IMG/VR virus record: IMGVR_UViG_3300028394_002659
Strand: one strand, 5' to 3'
From: a virus
Length of the DNA: 64,000 bases
The notes beneath the pieces were generated by a model. It was not told where the DNA came from. It searched no databases and saw nothing but the letters and a program-made list of their open reading frames with translations. How positions within the stretch are numbered: position 1 is the first letter of the stretch; every line of letters begins with the position of its first letter. This document shows positions 32,782-42,749 of this stretch, piece by piece. A program made the translations under genes and the position numbers.

Positions 32782-33672
32782 TTATCCAATTGATTTTTGC
32801 ACACCCGACTCAAAACTCATGGGCACATAATCTGGCATGATGCTTCGTAGTTTGCTGATATCGGGTCTGCGACTGGCAGTGCTTCCGGGCTTGCCTGGTG
32901 TGGTGGTCCAAGAGGGATTATCATGTCCCATAGCCGATGCAATAATTTGAGCCGCATCCATGATGGTGATTTCTCTATCGTTACCAATGTTGATCAGTTC
33001 ACGAGTCTGTGTTTCAGCGCAGTAGATACTTGCCCTAATAGCATCTTCCACATGACAGAAACTTCTGGTCTCATTGGCACCAAAACACTCAAAACGGCCT
33101 TCTTTGATCTTGGCTATTTGATCAGCCAAGAAGTGTCCGGCCTTGCTGTTCTCACCGTACACGTTGAAGTAACGCAACATAACATACGGCAGTTTGCTGT
33201 TGGCCAAATAGTTTTCACTGCACACTTTGGCCAGTCTATAACTCCAACGAGCGTTGTGAATGTCTCGGATAGCAATGTCTAAGTGTTCAGGCACTGGACT
33301 CACAGGATCATCACTAACAATCTCGCTACTGCTGGCATATACAATTTTTTTAAGATTTGCAATTTCGCTAGCATACTCAAACATATTTAGGTCACAAACA
33401 AAATTGTTTGTTAACACCTGATTGGGTCGTTCGTAAAAATTCTTGGTACCATTGATAGCACCATAGTGATAGATGTAATCAAAGTCTCGGGGCAGTTGAG
33501 CAATCGCGGTTTGGTCATTTAGATCAATTGTTAAAAACTGATCACAAGGTGGGATAGTTGAACTGCGGCTGTGATTGTCAATTGCCCAAACTTCATTGCC
33601 CGCAACTGTTTTTAGTTGTCTGCAGATTTCTGTACCCAATAGCCCACTGGCACCTGTTACTAATATTTTCAT
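32782..33672 (-). CDS. NAD-dependent nucleotide-sugar epimerase/dehydratase
   Basis: TGASGLLG, YRLAK, RYFNVYG. Confidence 0.9.
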   Translation of the reverse strand: MKILVTGASGLLGTEICRQLKTVAGNEVWAIDNHSRSSTIPPCDQFLTIDLNDQTAIAQLPRDFDYIYHYGAINGTKNFYERPNQVLTNNFVCDLNMFEYASEIANLKKIVYASSSEIVSDDPVSPVPEHLDIAIRDIHNARWSYRLAKVCSENYLANSKLPYVMLRYFNVYGENSKAGHFLADQIAKIKEGRFECFGANETRSFCHVEDAIRASIYCAETQTRELINIGNDREITIMDAAQIIASAMGHDNPSWTTTPGKPGSTASRRPDISKLRSIMPDYVPMSFESGVQKSIG

Positions 33673-34442
33673 TTGCTTACTTTCTGATTGTCGTCAATTA
33701 CACTTTGAATCAAAGTGTAAGGTAGATCAAGATTCTTGATCAAGTTGTTCCATGCACTGGTATCTTTGGGCAAACAGTGTCCGCCATATCCACGCATGTT
33801 ATCATTGGCCATTAGATAGTTTGGATTGATACATTCTCTACGAGTGATTGCATCATACACATTCTTATAATCGGCACCTAATTTTTTACACACATCATAT
33901 GTGATATTGGCAAAGGTCACGCTCATGGCATGATGTACATTGTTAAAGTACTTGACTACTTCTGCTTCAGTAGGACTCACACAAGCCACTGTCTTTGGGA
34001 AGTGTCCATGGATTTTCTTGATCAATTCAAAGTCTTGTTCACGATCACTACCGATAATCAACAAGTCATGATTGTACACAAAGTCTGCTAGAGCAGTCTT
34101 AGCCCGTAAAAATTCAGGCACACTACAGATTTTTAAATTAGGGTAAGAGTCACTTAGACGTCGGCTAGTACCGGGTACCACTGTGCTTTTGATTGCTACT
34201 AGTCCTGAATATTGATGTTGGTTCAACTCTTCGATTACTCGTTCAACAATGCTGGTATCACAATCACCGTTGGCTGCTTGGTTGGTTGGTACACTGAGAA
34301 ATACACACTCGGCATCTAGTACATCTGCCAACTGGCTACCTTCGTAAGCCGGATCAAAGAAACACATGTTGTGTCCAAGATATTCCAAGCCTTCATACAC
34401 GGCTTTGCCTACTGTACCTTTTCCAATAATTCCTATTTTCAT
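33669..34442 (-). CDS. UDP-glucose/GDP-mannose dehydrogenase family protein
   Basis: GKGTVG, KSTVVPG, PEFL, GYGGHCLPKD. Confidence 0.9.
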   Translation of the reverse strand: MKIGIIGKGTVGKAVYEGLEYLGHNMCFFDPAYEGSQLADVLDAECVFLSVPTNQAANGDCDTSIVERVIEELNQHQYSGLVAIKSTVVPGTSRRLSDSYPNLKICSVPEFLRAKTALADFVYNHDLLIIGSDREQDFELIKKIHGHFPKTVACVSPTEAEVVKYFNNVHHAMSVTFANITYDVCKKLGADYKNVYDAITRRECINPNYLMANDNMRGYGGHCLPKDTSAWNNLIKNLDLPYTLIQSVIDDNQKVSK

Positions 34443-35053
34443 ATCTCATCCTTAAAAGTCATATCTACACATGTACTGGGCAAATCAGATTCAACCAGTT
34501 TAAAAATTTCATCAGCCACTTGATCTGGTTCCAGGTAATCCAACGTGGGATCAAATGATTTGCCTACGCTGGCCATCTTGGTACGTGTTCGTACTGGATT
34601 GATCAAATCAACCACAATCTCTGAACCACCAAAGTAATCTCTTGCTGATTCCCACAAGTTGTACAAGGCCGCCTTGCTGGCGCTGTACAACGGATACAAC
34701 TGTCGACCACTAGTATAACTGCTACTGCCAACCATGATGATTCTTGTGGTCTTACTTAGGCCTTTGAGTGCCATGAAATAACTTATGATTGACCAGTTGC
34801 TACCAAAGTTCACGTTCATAGTGGCATGATGGGTATTGACATATCCATTGACAAACACTCCAGCACTATTAACCACAACATCGGCTTGTGCTTGATTCAG
34901 TAATTTAGCAACATCATAATGACTGTTGGCGCTTTCAAAATCCAATTGATCACTGCCCACTGGAATAACACGGTACCCTTGATCTGCAAACAATTTTGCA
35001 GTGGCACTACCGATGCCACCGTACGCTCCAAAGATCACCACAGTTTTCGTCAT
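34439..35053 (-). CDS. short-chain dehydrogenase/reductase
   Basis: GAYGGIG, YSASK. Confidence 0.88.
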   Translation of the reverse strand: MTKTVVIFGAYGGIGSATAKLFADQGYRVIPVGSDQLDFESANSHYDVAKLLNQAQADVVVNSAGVFVNGYVNTHHATMNVNFGSNWSIISYFMALKGLSKTTRIIMVGSSSYTSGRQLYPLYSASKAALYNLWESARDYFGGSEIVVDLINPVRTRTKMASVGKSFDPTLDYLEPDQVADEIFKLVESDLPSTCVDMTFKDEI

Positions 35054-35457
35054 TGAGTAATATCATCTACTCGATAGGTATCAGACTCATAGTCTGCTCC
35101 GCCCCTTGGACCTTCTGCAAATGCAATAAAGACACACCCATCACTACCGGATCGCATGGCATGGATCTCAAGTGGCGCACTGATGATCATGTCACCGGCC
35201 ACAGCATTGAAAACATCTGCGGGTTCATCGCCGCCTATACTTCGACTGTAGTAGGTCAACGTGCCGGACAATATGTAAGTGTATTGTGTGGTAAACTTGT
35301 GATAATGATTGCCACGCACAGCACCTGGTTGATTGGTAATAATGCAACCGTGATTCATGTTGGACATATAAAATATGTCCGTGATACTGCCTCGATCATC
35401 AGTAAAAGATTCAAGACCTTTTACTCCGTGGTCAGCATAGATGTTGTATGTTTTCAT
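35050..35457 (-). CDS. cupin sugar isomerase/epimerase (WxcM/FdtA-like)
   Basis: DDRG, VRGNHYH, PLEIHAM. Confidence 0.8.
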   Translation of the reverse strand: MKTYNIYADHGVKGLESFTDDRGSITDIFYMSNMNHGCIITNQPGAVRGNHYHKFTTQYTYILSGTLTYYSRSIGGDEPADVFNAVAGDMIISAPLEIHAMRSGSDGCVFIAFAEGPRGGADYESDTYRVDDITQ

Positions 35458-36728
35458 TGTGAAATAAACCTTGTGTTAGGATTGATATTCGATATGGCTC
35501 TGCGAAGACCTTCGCCAATGTTCCAACTCAATATCAATGCATATGGCCGCTTATGGCGAGCAAATTCTTCGTCTGCCTGAATTGGAATTCTAGTGAATGG
35601 TGTGTACTTGCCTTGCTTGTGTTCGCTGGCATCAGTGATACAATGAATAACGGTACTGTCAAGCCCGTGCCATTTTAACCATGTGTTGGCCTTGGCTGCC
35701 GCACCCACTCCTATGACTACTGCTTCGGAATCTTCGCTGAGTAATTGATAAAAAGAGGCTAACCAATCAACCTTGACTTGCTCAAATTTCAGTTGTAAGT
35801 TTTGATAAAATGCAGGATCAAACAAACCTGTTTGGGTTTCTTTGACTATGGCGTCTTGAATTTTAACAGGCATATCAGCACCAGTGTCAAGACGAGCAAA
35901 CATTCGTAGGCTTCCGCCATGATAATCAACCACATCAAAGTCAGTGATCTCTAGTCCCGCGGCTTTCAACAAGTTCCATGCCATCTTCACAGTGAAGTAT
36001 GTAGGATGCTCGTGATATACCATGTCTGTGAATCTTCCTGATTCAATCATGCTGAGCCAATACGGTACTTCAAACACAAATTCTCCTGTGTTGGACAGTA
36101 GTCGGGCCACGCTTTGTGCAAATGTCACAGGATCGTTGGCATGGTTAAACACATTGTTGGCAATGATCACACTTGCTGTGCCGTGTTTGTGTTTTATTGC
36201 ATCAGCAGTGGCATCGTCGAACAAAGTGTTTATTGTTTCAACACCCTTTGCTTGGGACAATGCACACATTTCTGCACTGGAGTCTACACCTACTGCATGA
36301 TCAAATTGACTCACAAGATAACCATCATTGCTGCCAATTTCTACTACCAGTCCGGTGTGTCTACGGCTTTTGATTGTTTGAGCATACCTGTCCCAGTGAT
36401 TTCTGGCTGTTTGACTATTGCTGGAAGTGTAACTGTAACTGTAGAGATTGTAACGATCCGTGGCCGAACTCACATAGCCCAGTTGTATACTACCTGAGTT
36501 GGCATTGAGATATACCTGCAAAGGAAAAACAGGCTCACTGAGATTCAATTGATCTGGTCGGATAAATGTATCAGCGTAAGCATGCTGTCCAAAGTCAAGT
36601 ATTTTTGTAACTGGATTTTTTGAAATCACACACTCAGTGACCAGTTTGCTGACGGTTATATTATTTTGCAAGGGATATCCTGAAATCTTCGCTTTTTTGG
36701 TCTTTGTCATAGGACAATACTTGCCCAT
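35454..36728 (-). CDS. SAM-dependent NDP-hexose C-methyltransferase-like protein (start uncertain)
   Basis: EIGSNDG, ANNVFNH, YHEH, HGGSLR, GAAAKANT, KQGKYTP, ILSWN. Confidence 0.85.
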   Translation of the reverse strand: MGKYCPMTKTKKAKISGYPLQNNITVSKLVTECVISKNPVTKILDFGQHAYADTFIRPDQLNLSEPVFPLQVYLNANSGSIQLGYVSSATDRYNLYSYSYTSSNSQTARNHWDRYAQTIKSRRHTGLVVEIGSNDGYLVSQFDHAVGVDSSAEMCALSQAKGVETINTLFDDATADAIKHKHGTASVIIANNVFNHANDPVTFAQSVARLLSNTGEFVFEVPYWLSMIESGRFTDMVYHEHPTYFTVKMAWNLLKAAGLEITDFDVVDYHGGSLRMFARLDTGADMPVKIQDAIVKETQTGLFDPAFYQNLQLKFEQVKVDWLASFYQLLSEDSEAVVIGVGAAAKANTWLKWHGLDSTVIHCITDASEHKQGKYTPFTRIPIQADEEFARHKRPYALILSWNIGEGLRRAISNINPNTRFISQ

Positions 36729-37554
36729 GCTCGTCGAGTTGCATTACAAATTGACTCATCTGTTTGTTGACATCTAGAGCAATTAATTTTTCCCAGGGGT
36801 AATTTTTACCACTCTTGACACTTTCCCACCAAGTGGCATCTAACCCAATTGTACGCATGTATTCAGCAATGGTATCACAATCTTGATAGCGTTGCGCACT
36901 AGTTTGAGGATTATGGAAATCATGCGGATTGGCAGGGTTACCTTCAAAACGTACCTTGGGTTTGAGAGGGTCAGTTGCATCTTTGGTTAACTCAACTTGA
37001 TTGTGTGTGACATCAATCTCAATCACTTGCATAATATCCAGCAAGAAAGCCAGTTGACTTAGTTCAGCATCGATCATTTGATGACGGCTGAGATGATTCA
37101 TTAGGTCATACCATGCTCGTGGCATTATAGGAAAAATGCTGTAGGGATGGTCATTGTGCGTGTGAACTTTTAACAGTTTGAATTCGCCTGTGTATTGTTC
37201 AATTACCGAGTCCCATCCCTGAGTTTCCATCACAGCATCATCATTCCATACAAACAGCCAGTCTGCCGACGTTGATTTTGCCAAATGATTGTAGTATCGA
37301 TTGAGTCCAGCATAGCCCATACTTTTAAAAGACTGTGCTTCGTAAGATACTCCATGCTTGTCTAACATGGGTTGTATCACCTTGGTAAAATGTGCTAGTC
37401 CTATTTTGTCATCATCGTCAAATCCAAACACCAATTGTATACGGGAAATGTCATTGGCTAGATCTACAATGCTGGTCACACTGGCAGTGAGTGCATCGGT
37501 CCGGCTACGAGTGGGCAGTAAAACTGCTATGCTGTATTCGTGTGTGTTATTCAT
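36661..37554 (-). CDS. GT-A (family 2-like) glycosyltransferase
   Basis: LLPTRSR, FDDDD, WNDD. Confidence 0.78.
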   Translation of the reverse strand: MNNTHEYSIAVLLPTRSRTDALTASVTSIVDLANDISRIQLVFGFDDDDKIGLAHFTKVIQPMLDKHGVSYEAQSFKSMGYAGLNRYYNHLAKSTSADWLFVWNDDAVMETQGWDSVIEQYTGEFKLLKVHTHNDHPYSIFPIMPRAWYDLMNHLSRHQMIDAELSQLAFLLDIMQVIEIDVTHNQVELTKDATDPLKPKVRFEGNPANPHDFHNPQTSAQRYQDCDTIAEYMRTIGLDATWWESVKSGKNYPWEKLIALDVNKQMSQFVMQLDEHGQVLSYDKDQKSEDFRISLAK

Positions 37555-39472
37555 AACTTCGAGTGATGTTTGTTTTTCCAAAATTTCTTTTCCTGGCAAA
37601 ATACATATTTTCAAGAAAATGTTCTAGGCTCATATTATGATCCTCTGTGCTTTCAAAAACACACATACATGGTTTTTCAAGTTGAGTGTTGTCTTGAATA
37701 TAGCCAAGAAAATCATAATCAAAATTTTGCTGTATAGGCAGGTATTTAAGATTGCGATAGTCAACCACGTAATTTCTTTGAAACTGCATGAGTTGATCTA
37801 ATATGTCTTTGTTGATATTATAATGATTTTTTACAAAGGTGTCAACCAAATCAAACACATAATTTAGGCGATCTTGTTGTTGTATGTATAGAGTAGTGCG
37901 ATGCACTAAATTCCATCCAAATACCTGGACGTTGCCAATTGGCGGATGACTAATAGAGCCGTGGCTTGCCCAGTTTGCAAAGTAATTTCGTGTGTCATTG
38001 AACTGTGTTTGAAACCAAGGATCGTGCTGAACCCAGACATATAAATTATCATAGAATTCGCTATAATCAATTTGATGTGCTTTTTCCAAATATCTGGCAA
38101 TGTACGTGGTCAGACCATTGATGTGAAATGTCTGGATAAAACTGTTCCAAACCAGTGTGTCTAGCATCTGTTGTTTAGAAATGTCCTTGGTACTGATAAC
38201 CACATCCACACACTCGCTCAACTCCGCATCATTGTAACTGCCGCTCATGTAATCGTGTACTGGCACAGCCTCTAACTGCCACAAGCGTTTTTGTAATAGA
38301 TTCATTTCGGCATTTTCCAACAACTGTGCCTGCAAGATATTGATGCCAGTGTGATTGCCAGCGCGGAAAATTTTCCAAAATGCTCCCTTCCATGATTCAA
38401 CAGTTTCGCCAGGCAGTCCCAGTATCAGTTCTGTATACACAGGAATGTTGTTGCGATCGCACAGATCAAAAATTTCATCAATTTTGTGTTGGTCAAGATT
38501 TCTACGTTTGACATTTTCCAACACATCATGATCCATGCTCTGTACACTCACCGTGAGCCCTTGACCAAAGTTTGGACTTTCGTGTATGAGTTTCTTGACA
38601 ATGTCCACTACTTCGTTCTTTTGATTCTTGGCCCAGGTCATTGAGAACGATGTTAGTTTTTCATATTTCTTTTGTACTTCAATCAACTTGTCCACAATCA
38701 TATTGTCGCGTTCTATAAACATGCCAAAGTTAGCGTCAGTGATGGTAACAAACCCACAGTTGGCACCAATCCATTCTAGTTCGTGATATACTCTAGTAAG
38801 ATCAAATTTTTTCACTTTACTGTAGGTAAGACTGCCCCAGTCGCAAAAGGTACACTGATAAGGACAACCACGATTGGTTTCTAGTGTAGCATTCCAAATC
38901 ACTTCGGGGTTGTCCTTGATGATTTGATCAAACATGCCTGAAAGATATGGACTAGGTATTTGGTCCAGATTATCAATTCTGGCACAGTCACCGGTGTTGA
39001 TCAATCCGGTGGGCGTGTTGATCAACAGTCCCGGTATGTGTGTGTAGTCTGTGTCAAAGTCTTCGAGTATGCGTTTAAAAGTAATCTCACCTTCCATCTT
39101 GATCACTAGATCTATGAAAGGTTCCTTTTCAAACAAGCCTGGATCTTCAATGGCTGGCTCAGGCCCGCCGACTATTATTGTTACCCGAGGATTGATTTCT
39201 TTTATGCGACGAGCCAATGCATAATTGTACCTATGATTCCATACATAGGTACTAAATGCCACAATATTATTTTTGGCCAGTTTTGTGGCCAGATCCTCAA
39301 TAGGATCTCTCCGCCAGATCAACTGATCAATTTCCCACTTTGAATTTATGTGTTCAAAACCCAAAGCATAGCCTAAAACTACTCCTGCCGAGTAAGGCAG
39401 ATAGTAAGCATTAAATTCTTTGGGACCTTGTTGAAAGTTGGGTTGTACGAAACTTATGGTTTGTTTAATCAC
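37547..39472 (-). CDS. B12-binding radical SAM protein
   Basis: STYVWN, VGGPE, EGE, ETNRGCPYQCTFCDW, ILGLPGET. Confidence 0.9.
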   Translation of the reverse strand: MIKQTISFVQPNFQQGPKEFNAYYLPYSAGVVLGYALGFEHINSKWEIDQLIWRRDPIEDLATKLAKNNIVAFSTYVWNHRYNYALARRIKEINPRVTIIVGGPEPAIEDPGLFEKEPFIDLVIKMEGEITFKRILEDFDTDYTHIPGLLINTPTGLINTGDCARIDNLDQIPSPYLSGMFDQIIKDNPEVIWNATLETNRGCPYQCTFCDWGSLTYSKVKKFDLTRVYHELEWIGANCGFVTITDANFGMFIERDNMIVDKLIEVQKKYEKLTSFSMTWAKNQKNEVVDIVKKLIHESPNFGQGLTVSVQSMDHDVLENVKRRNLDQHKIDEIFDLCDRNNIPVYTELILGLPGETVESWKGAFWKIFRAGNHTGINILQAQLLENAEMNLLQKRLWQLEAVPVHDYMSGSYNDAELSECVDVVISTKDISKQQMLDTLVWNSFIQTFHINGLTTYIARYLEKAHQIDYSEFYDNLYVWVQHDPWFQTQFNDTRNYFANWASHGSISHPPIGNVQVFGWNLVHRTTLYIQQQDRLNYVFDLVDTFVKNHYNINKDILDQLMQFQRNYVVDYRNLKYLPIQQNFDYDFLGYIQDNTQLEKPCMCVFESTEDHNMSLEHFLENMYFARKRNFGKTNITRSYE

Positions 39473-39483
39473 TCAATATTTAA

Positions 39484-39990
39484 TCAAACAAACAAGTCCT
39501 CATTCCATTCACGATGTCCTTCACGGAACGCCATGTTGGCCTGTGTCTCACGTACTTCCACACGATAACACCATAAACGAGCCGCTTCGCCTGGCCCCCA
39601 CATCTCTGGAATGTAAACACCATTAACATACTTGTATAGCATGTCGCTGAGTCCTTCGCAACCTAGACGGGGTAGTACTACAACCTTGGCCATATTCCGC
39701 TCTTGTAGTAACTTGAATGTTTCCATCTCTGGATCATCCTGTGCCACAATAAGTGTATGGTCAAATTGGTCTTCTAAGGTCTTCTTTAGTTCTTTGAGTC
39801 CACCGTAGTCGGCGGCCCAGTTACGCACATCCAGTTCGTTAGTTCCGAAATAGAACTTCATGCTAAATGAATATCCATGTATCAAATTACAATGGCTATC
39901 GCTCCTCCACTGTCTGTACGCACATGGAAATGCGTCGTGGTACTCTTTGGTACTGGTGTACTTGTAAACTACGGGATTTGATGTTGTCAT
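39484..39990 (-). CDS. queD: 6-carboxytetrahydropterin synthase
   Basis: HCNLIHGY, FDHT, VEVRET. Confidence 0.88.
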   Translation of the reverse strand: MTTSNPVVYKYTSTKEYHDAFPCAYRQWRSDSHCNLIHGYSFSMKFYFGTNELDVRNWAADYGGLKELKKTLEDQFDHTLIVAQDDPEMETFKLLQERNMAKVVVLPRLGCEGLSDMLYKYVNGVYIPEMWGPGEAARLWCYRVEVRETQANMAFREGHREWNEDLFV

Positions 39991-40020
39991 GCTGTTTCTC
40001 CTATGTTAAATTATAGCATA

Positions 40021-40062
40021 GACAGCAGAGTTTGTAAAGCGGGAATGATGTCCAAGACCGCT
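40021..40062 (-). promoter_or_regulatory. Compact hairpin/pseudoknot directly upstream of queD
   Basis: AGCGG/CCGCT stem; loop GACA can pair with a downstream TGTC. Confidence 0.4.
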
Positions 40063-40075
40063 GAATATTTATTAT

Positions 40076-40480
40076 CTATTCAGGTTGTTGATAGGTGTCA
40101 GTTTTGTAGTTGGCCTGTCCGGGTATGACACCTCGTACACCACCAACAGGATCAGCAGTGTCTCCGTGCATTCTTGGTATCAAGTGTACGTGTGGGTACA
40201 TCACTGTCTGTCCTGCGGCTACTCCTGCATTCAAACCAATGTTGAACGCATCGCATTGATTGTTCTGCACCATTTGACGACCAGTCAGCAAAGCCATGCC
40301 CATGGCCACCACAATAGATTCGTCAGTGTTGGCACGTGGCACAAACAACAGGTGACCTTCTGCCACAGGATAAGCATCACGAAACACAGCGATATGAGTG
40401 TTGCTCATTTCAGGTACCGTATTAGTCCAAGGTGCTACTTTGCCATCCTGGGCGGCTTTTAAGGTTGCATAACTAATCAT
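40076..40480 (-). CDS. HIT family hydrolase
   Basis: PVAEGHLLFVP, AGQTV..PHVHLIPR. Confidence 0.9.
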   Translation of the reverse strand: MISYATLKAAQDGKVAPWTNTVPEMSNTHIAVFRDAYPVAEGHLLFVPRANTDESIVVAMGMALLTGRQMVQNNQCDAFNIGLNAGVAAGQTVMYPHVHLIPRMHGDTADPVGGVRGVIPGQANYKTDTYQQPE

Positions 40481-41214
40481 CGTGGTGCAAAGTCCTGTTG
40501 TAGTTTGATATTGTCAAAGAATTCCTTCTTCACACTTTGGTCTGTTTTAAATGCTCCATGGAGTACGGTAGTTTGGGTAAGACTACTGTGAGCCATAATA
40601 CCACGATTCTCGCAACATCCGTGGGTAGCCTGAATATAAACGGCAACATCTCGGGATCCAGTTGCGAACTCGATCTCACGAGCGATGTCCATGCAGAGCT
40701 CTTCTTGAAGAGTTCCGCGTCGGGCACACCATTGTGCGATCCTGGTGTACTTCGAAAGACCAATGAGTTTGGCGCCAGCAATGATTCCAATATAAGCAAC
40801 ACCCGTAACAGGTTGATGATGGTGGCTACACATGCTCTTAAGCTCGCTACGCACCACCAACATACCTTCGTATGCTCCTGCTGTGTCATTTGGGAAAGCC
40901 GTTGCATTAGGCGATTCCTCATACCTACCAGCCATAATTTCGTTGAAGTACATCTTTGCCAACCGGCGAGCCGTACCTTGTGAGTTTGGGTCATTTTCTC
41001 TATCAATCAATAATGTGTCTAACACTCGTTCAAATGCCACAGTGGCTTCGTTGATCAGTTGCACTTTGGTTTGTTCATCCACGTAGTCACTGATGTTGTC
41101 CCCGGCCCAGAAACGTTTGTTGTCACGTTTCATCTTGAAACGAATAGCATCTGCTAGATATGCTTCTTGGTAGCCTTTGTCATCAATGTTATTTACTGAT
41201 ACTGGTTCTGTCAT
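40477..41214 (-). CDS. folE: GTP cyclohydrolase I
   Basis: SMCSHH, GLSK, LQEEL, HGCCENRG. Confidence 0.93.
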   Translation of the reverse strand: MTEPVSVNNIDDKGYQEAYLADAIRFKMKRDNKRFWAGDNISDYVDEQTKVQLINEATVAFERVLDTLLIDRENDPNSQGTARRLAKMYFNEIMAGRYEESPNATAFPNDTAGAYEGMLVVRSELKSMCSHHHQPVTGVAYIGIIAGAKLIGLSKYTRIAQWCARRGTLQEELCMDIAREIEFATGSRDVAVYIQATHGCCENRGIMAHSSLTQTTVLHGAFKTDQSVKKEFFDNIKLQQDFAPR

Positions 41215-41215
41215 G

Positions 41216-41812
41216 TTATTCCTTGATAGTGATAGTTCTTAAATCTGCATAATCAACATGTCGAGGTTCAGGACAATGTTCTTTAATACCTTCCAGCAAC
41301 ACCAAACCACGCATGGCTTCTTCTGGTGTGGGTTTATAGTGATATCCGACTCGAAATTCTTGTTGTGCGATCCAGGGTGAGATATTTAGATCGCGACCAT
41401 CATACCTCATGCGAATTATTGCATCATATGCTGTCTTGTCATCTAGTATTATAGCACCACCACGACCTACATGTAAAGGCTTGTCATGCCCAAAACTCAA
41501 ACATTGCATGATTCCAGCACGATACATGTTACGTTCTAACCGTCTTGCACTGTCCCAAATTCTTGTGTTTACAAAAGGATACTCACCCACCCAACGTTGC
41601 CAAGCATGATCCGAATACTGATATTGGATGCCTAACTTGTGCATGAGCATGGGAATACTTAGGTAAGTGTAAGGAGTAAACTCACATTCCTGAACCTGAT
41701 CGTACCGCAAGCACAATTCGATTGCGTGTGTACAACAATCGGTCATGACAGCATATGGTGCTCCTGTAAACTCTGCTAGTTCTTGTTCGAACTTTAAAAT
41801 CTTATCGAACAT
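41216..41812 (-). CDS. short DegT/DnrJ-like PLP aminotransferase
   Basis: FEQELAEFTGAPYAV..CTHA, DSA, SFGHDKPL..GRGGAI. Confidence 0.78.
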   Translation of the reverse strand: MFDKILKFEQELAEFTGAPYAVMTDCCTHAIELCLRYDQVQECEFTPYTYLSIPMLMHKLGIQYQYSDHAWQRWVGEYPFVNTRIWDSARRLERNMYRAGIMQCLSFGHDKPLHVGRGGAIILDDKTAYDAIIRMRYDGRDLNISPWIAQQEFRVGYHYKPTPEEAMRGLVLLEGIKEHCPEPRHVDYADLRTITIKE

Positions 41813-42749
41813 ACCAAGACCATGTGTGACGAAGCACATCGGTTAGATTGTAACTGCGCCATGGCATACCAATTGCACGGTCAAACTTTTCCGAACTGGC
41901 AGTGAGCATGGCAGGGTCTCCAGCACGGTTAGGACCTACACTAACATAAGGCATCTTGCCAACAATAGTTCTGGCTTGTTCCATTATTTGTTTGACACTG
42001 GTTCCTTCGCCGCCCGCAAGATTATACACACCAGATTTGATTGTGGGGTTCAACGCCAAAATATGTGCATTAGCAATGTCATCCACGTGTACATAGTCAC
42101 GCACACATGTACCATCGTCTGTGGGATAATTGTCGCCGTATACGTTAAAGTTGCCGTCATCTCGTGTGGCTTCTAAATATCGAGCAATCAGGTGTGTGGC
42201 ACCTGCCTCTTGTCCATGTCTACCTTTTGGATCAGCACCACAGGCATTGAAGTAACGGAATGCCACATAGTCTAATCCGTAAGCCTTGTGATAACTCTCT
42301 AGGATTTGTTCCACCATGCGTTTACTTTCCCCATACGGAGAGATTGGCTCACATGGATCTACTTCGTGACACGGATTCATAATAGGTTCACCGTACACAG
42401 CCGCCGAAGAACTGAATATAAATCTAGTTCGAGGTAAAGCATGACGCACAATATCCAACAAGGCCATGGTCTTGGCCACATTATTTTTGTAGTAATCAGA
42501 TGGATGCATTACGCTAGGGCCCACTAAACTTGTGCCAGCACAATGAATGATAGCGCCAGGTTGTGCTTCGATTATCTTGCTCAATGCTGTTTCGTCGGCA
42601 AAGTCGCCTTGCACAAAGTCTGCGAATGCCGAAGTTAGTCCACTATGCGGAAGTCTAAGATCAATGCCAAGTACCTGTTGACCTGCATCGGCTAGTTTCA
42701 ATGCGATTTGTCCGCCAATGTATCCTGCGGCACCGGTTACTACAATCAT
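41802..42749 (-). CDS. galE: UDP-glucose 4-epimerase
   Basis: TGAAGYIG, FSSSAAVYG, YGESK, RYFNACGA, DGTCVRDYVHV. Confidence 0.88.
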   Translation of the reverse strand: MIVVTGAAGYIGGQIALKLADAGQQVLGIDLRLPHSGLTSAFADFVQGDFADETALSKIIEAQPGAIIHCAGTSLVGPSVMHPSDYYKNNVAKTMALLDIVRHALPRTRFIFSSSAAVYGEPIMNPCHEVDPCEPISPYGESKRMVEQILESYHKAYGLDYVAFRYFNACGADPKGRHGQEAGATHLIARYLEATRDDGNFNVYGDNYPTDDGTCVRDYVHVDDIANAHILALNPTIKSGVYNLAGGEGTSVKQIMEQARTIVGKMPYVSVGPNRAGDPAMLTASSEKFDRAIGMPWRSYNLTDVLRHTWSWYVR

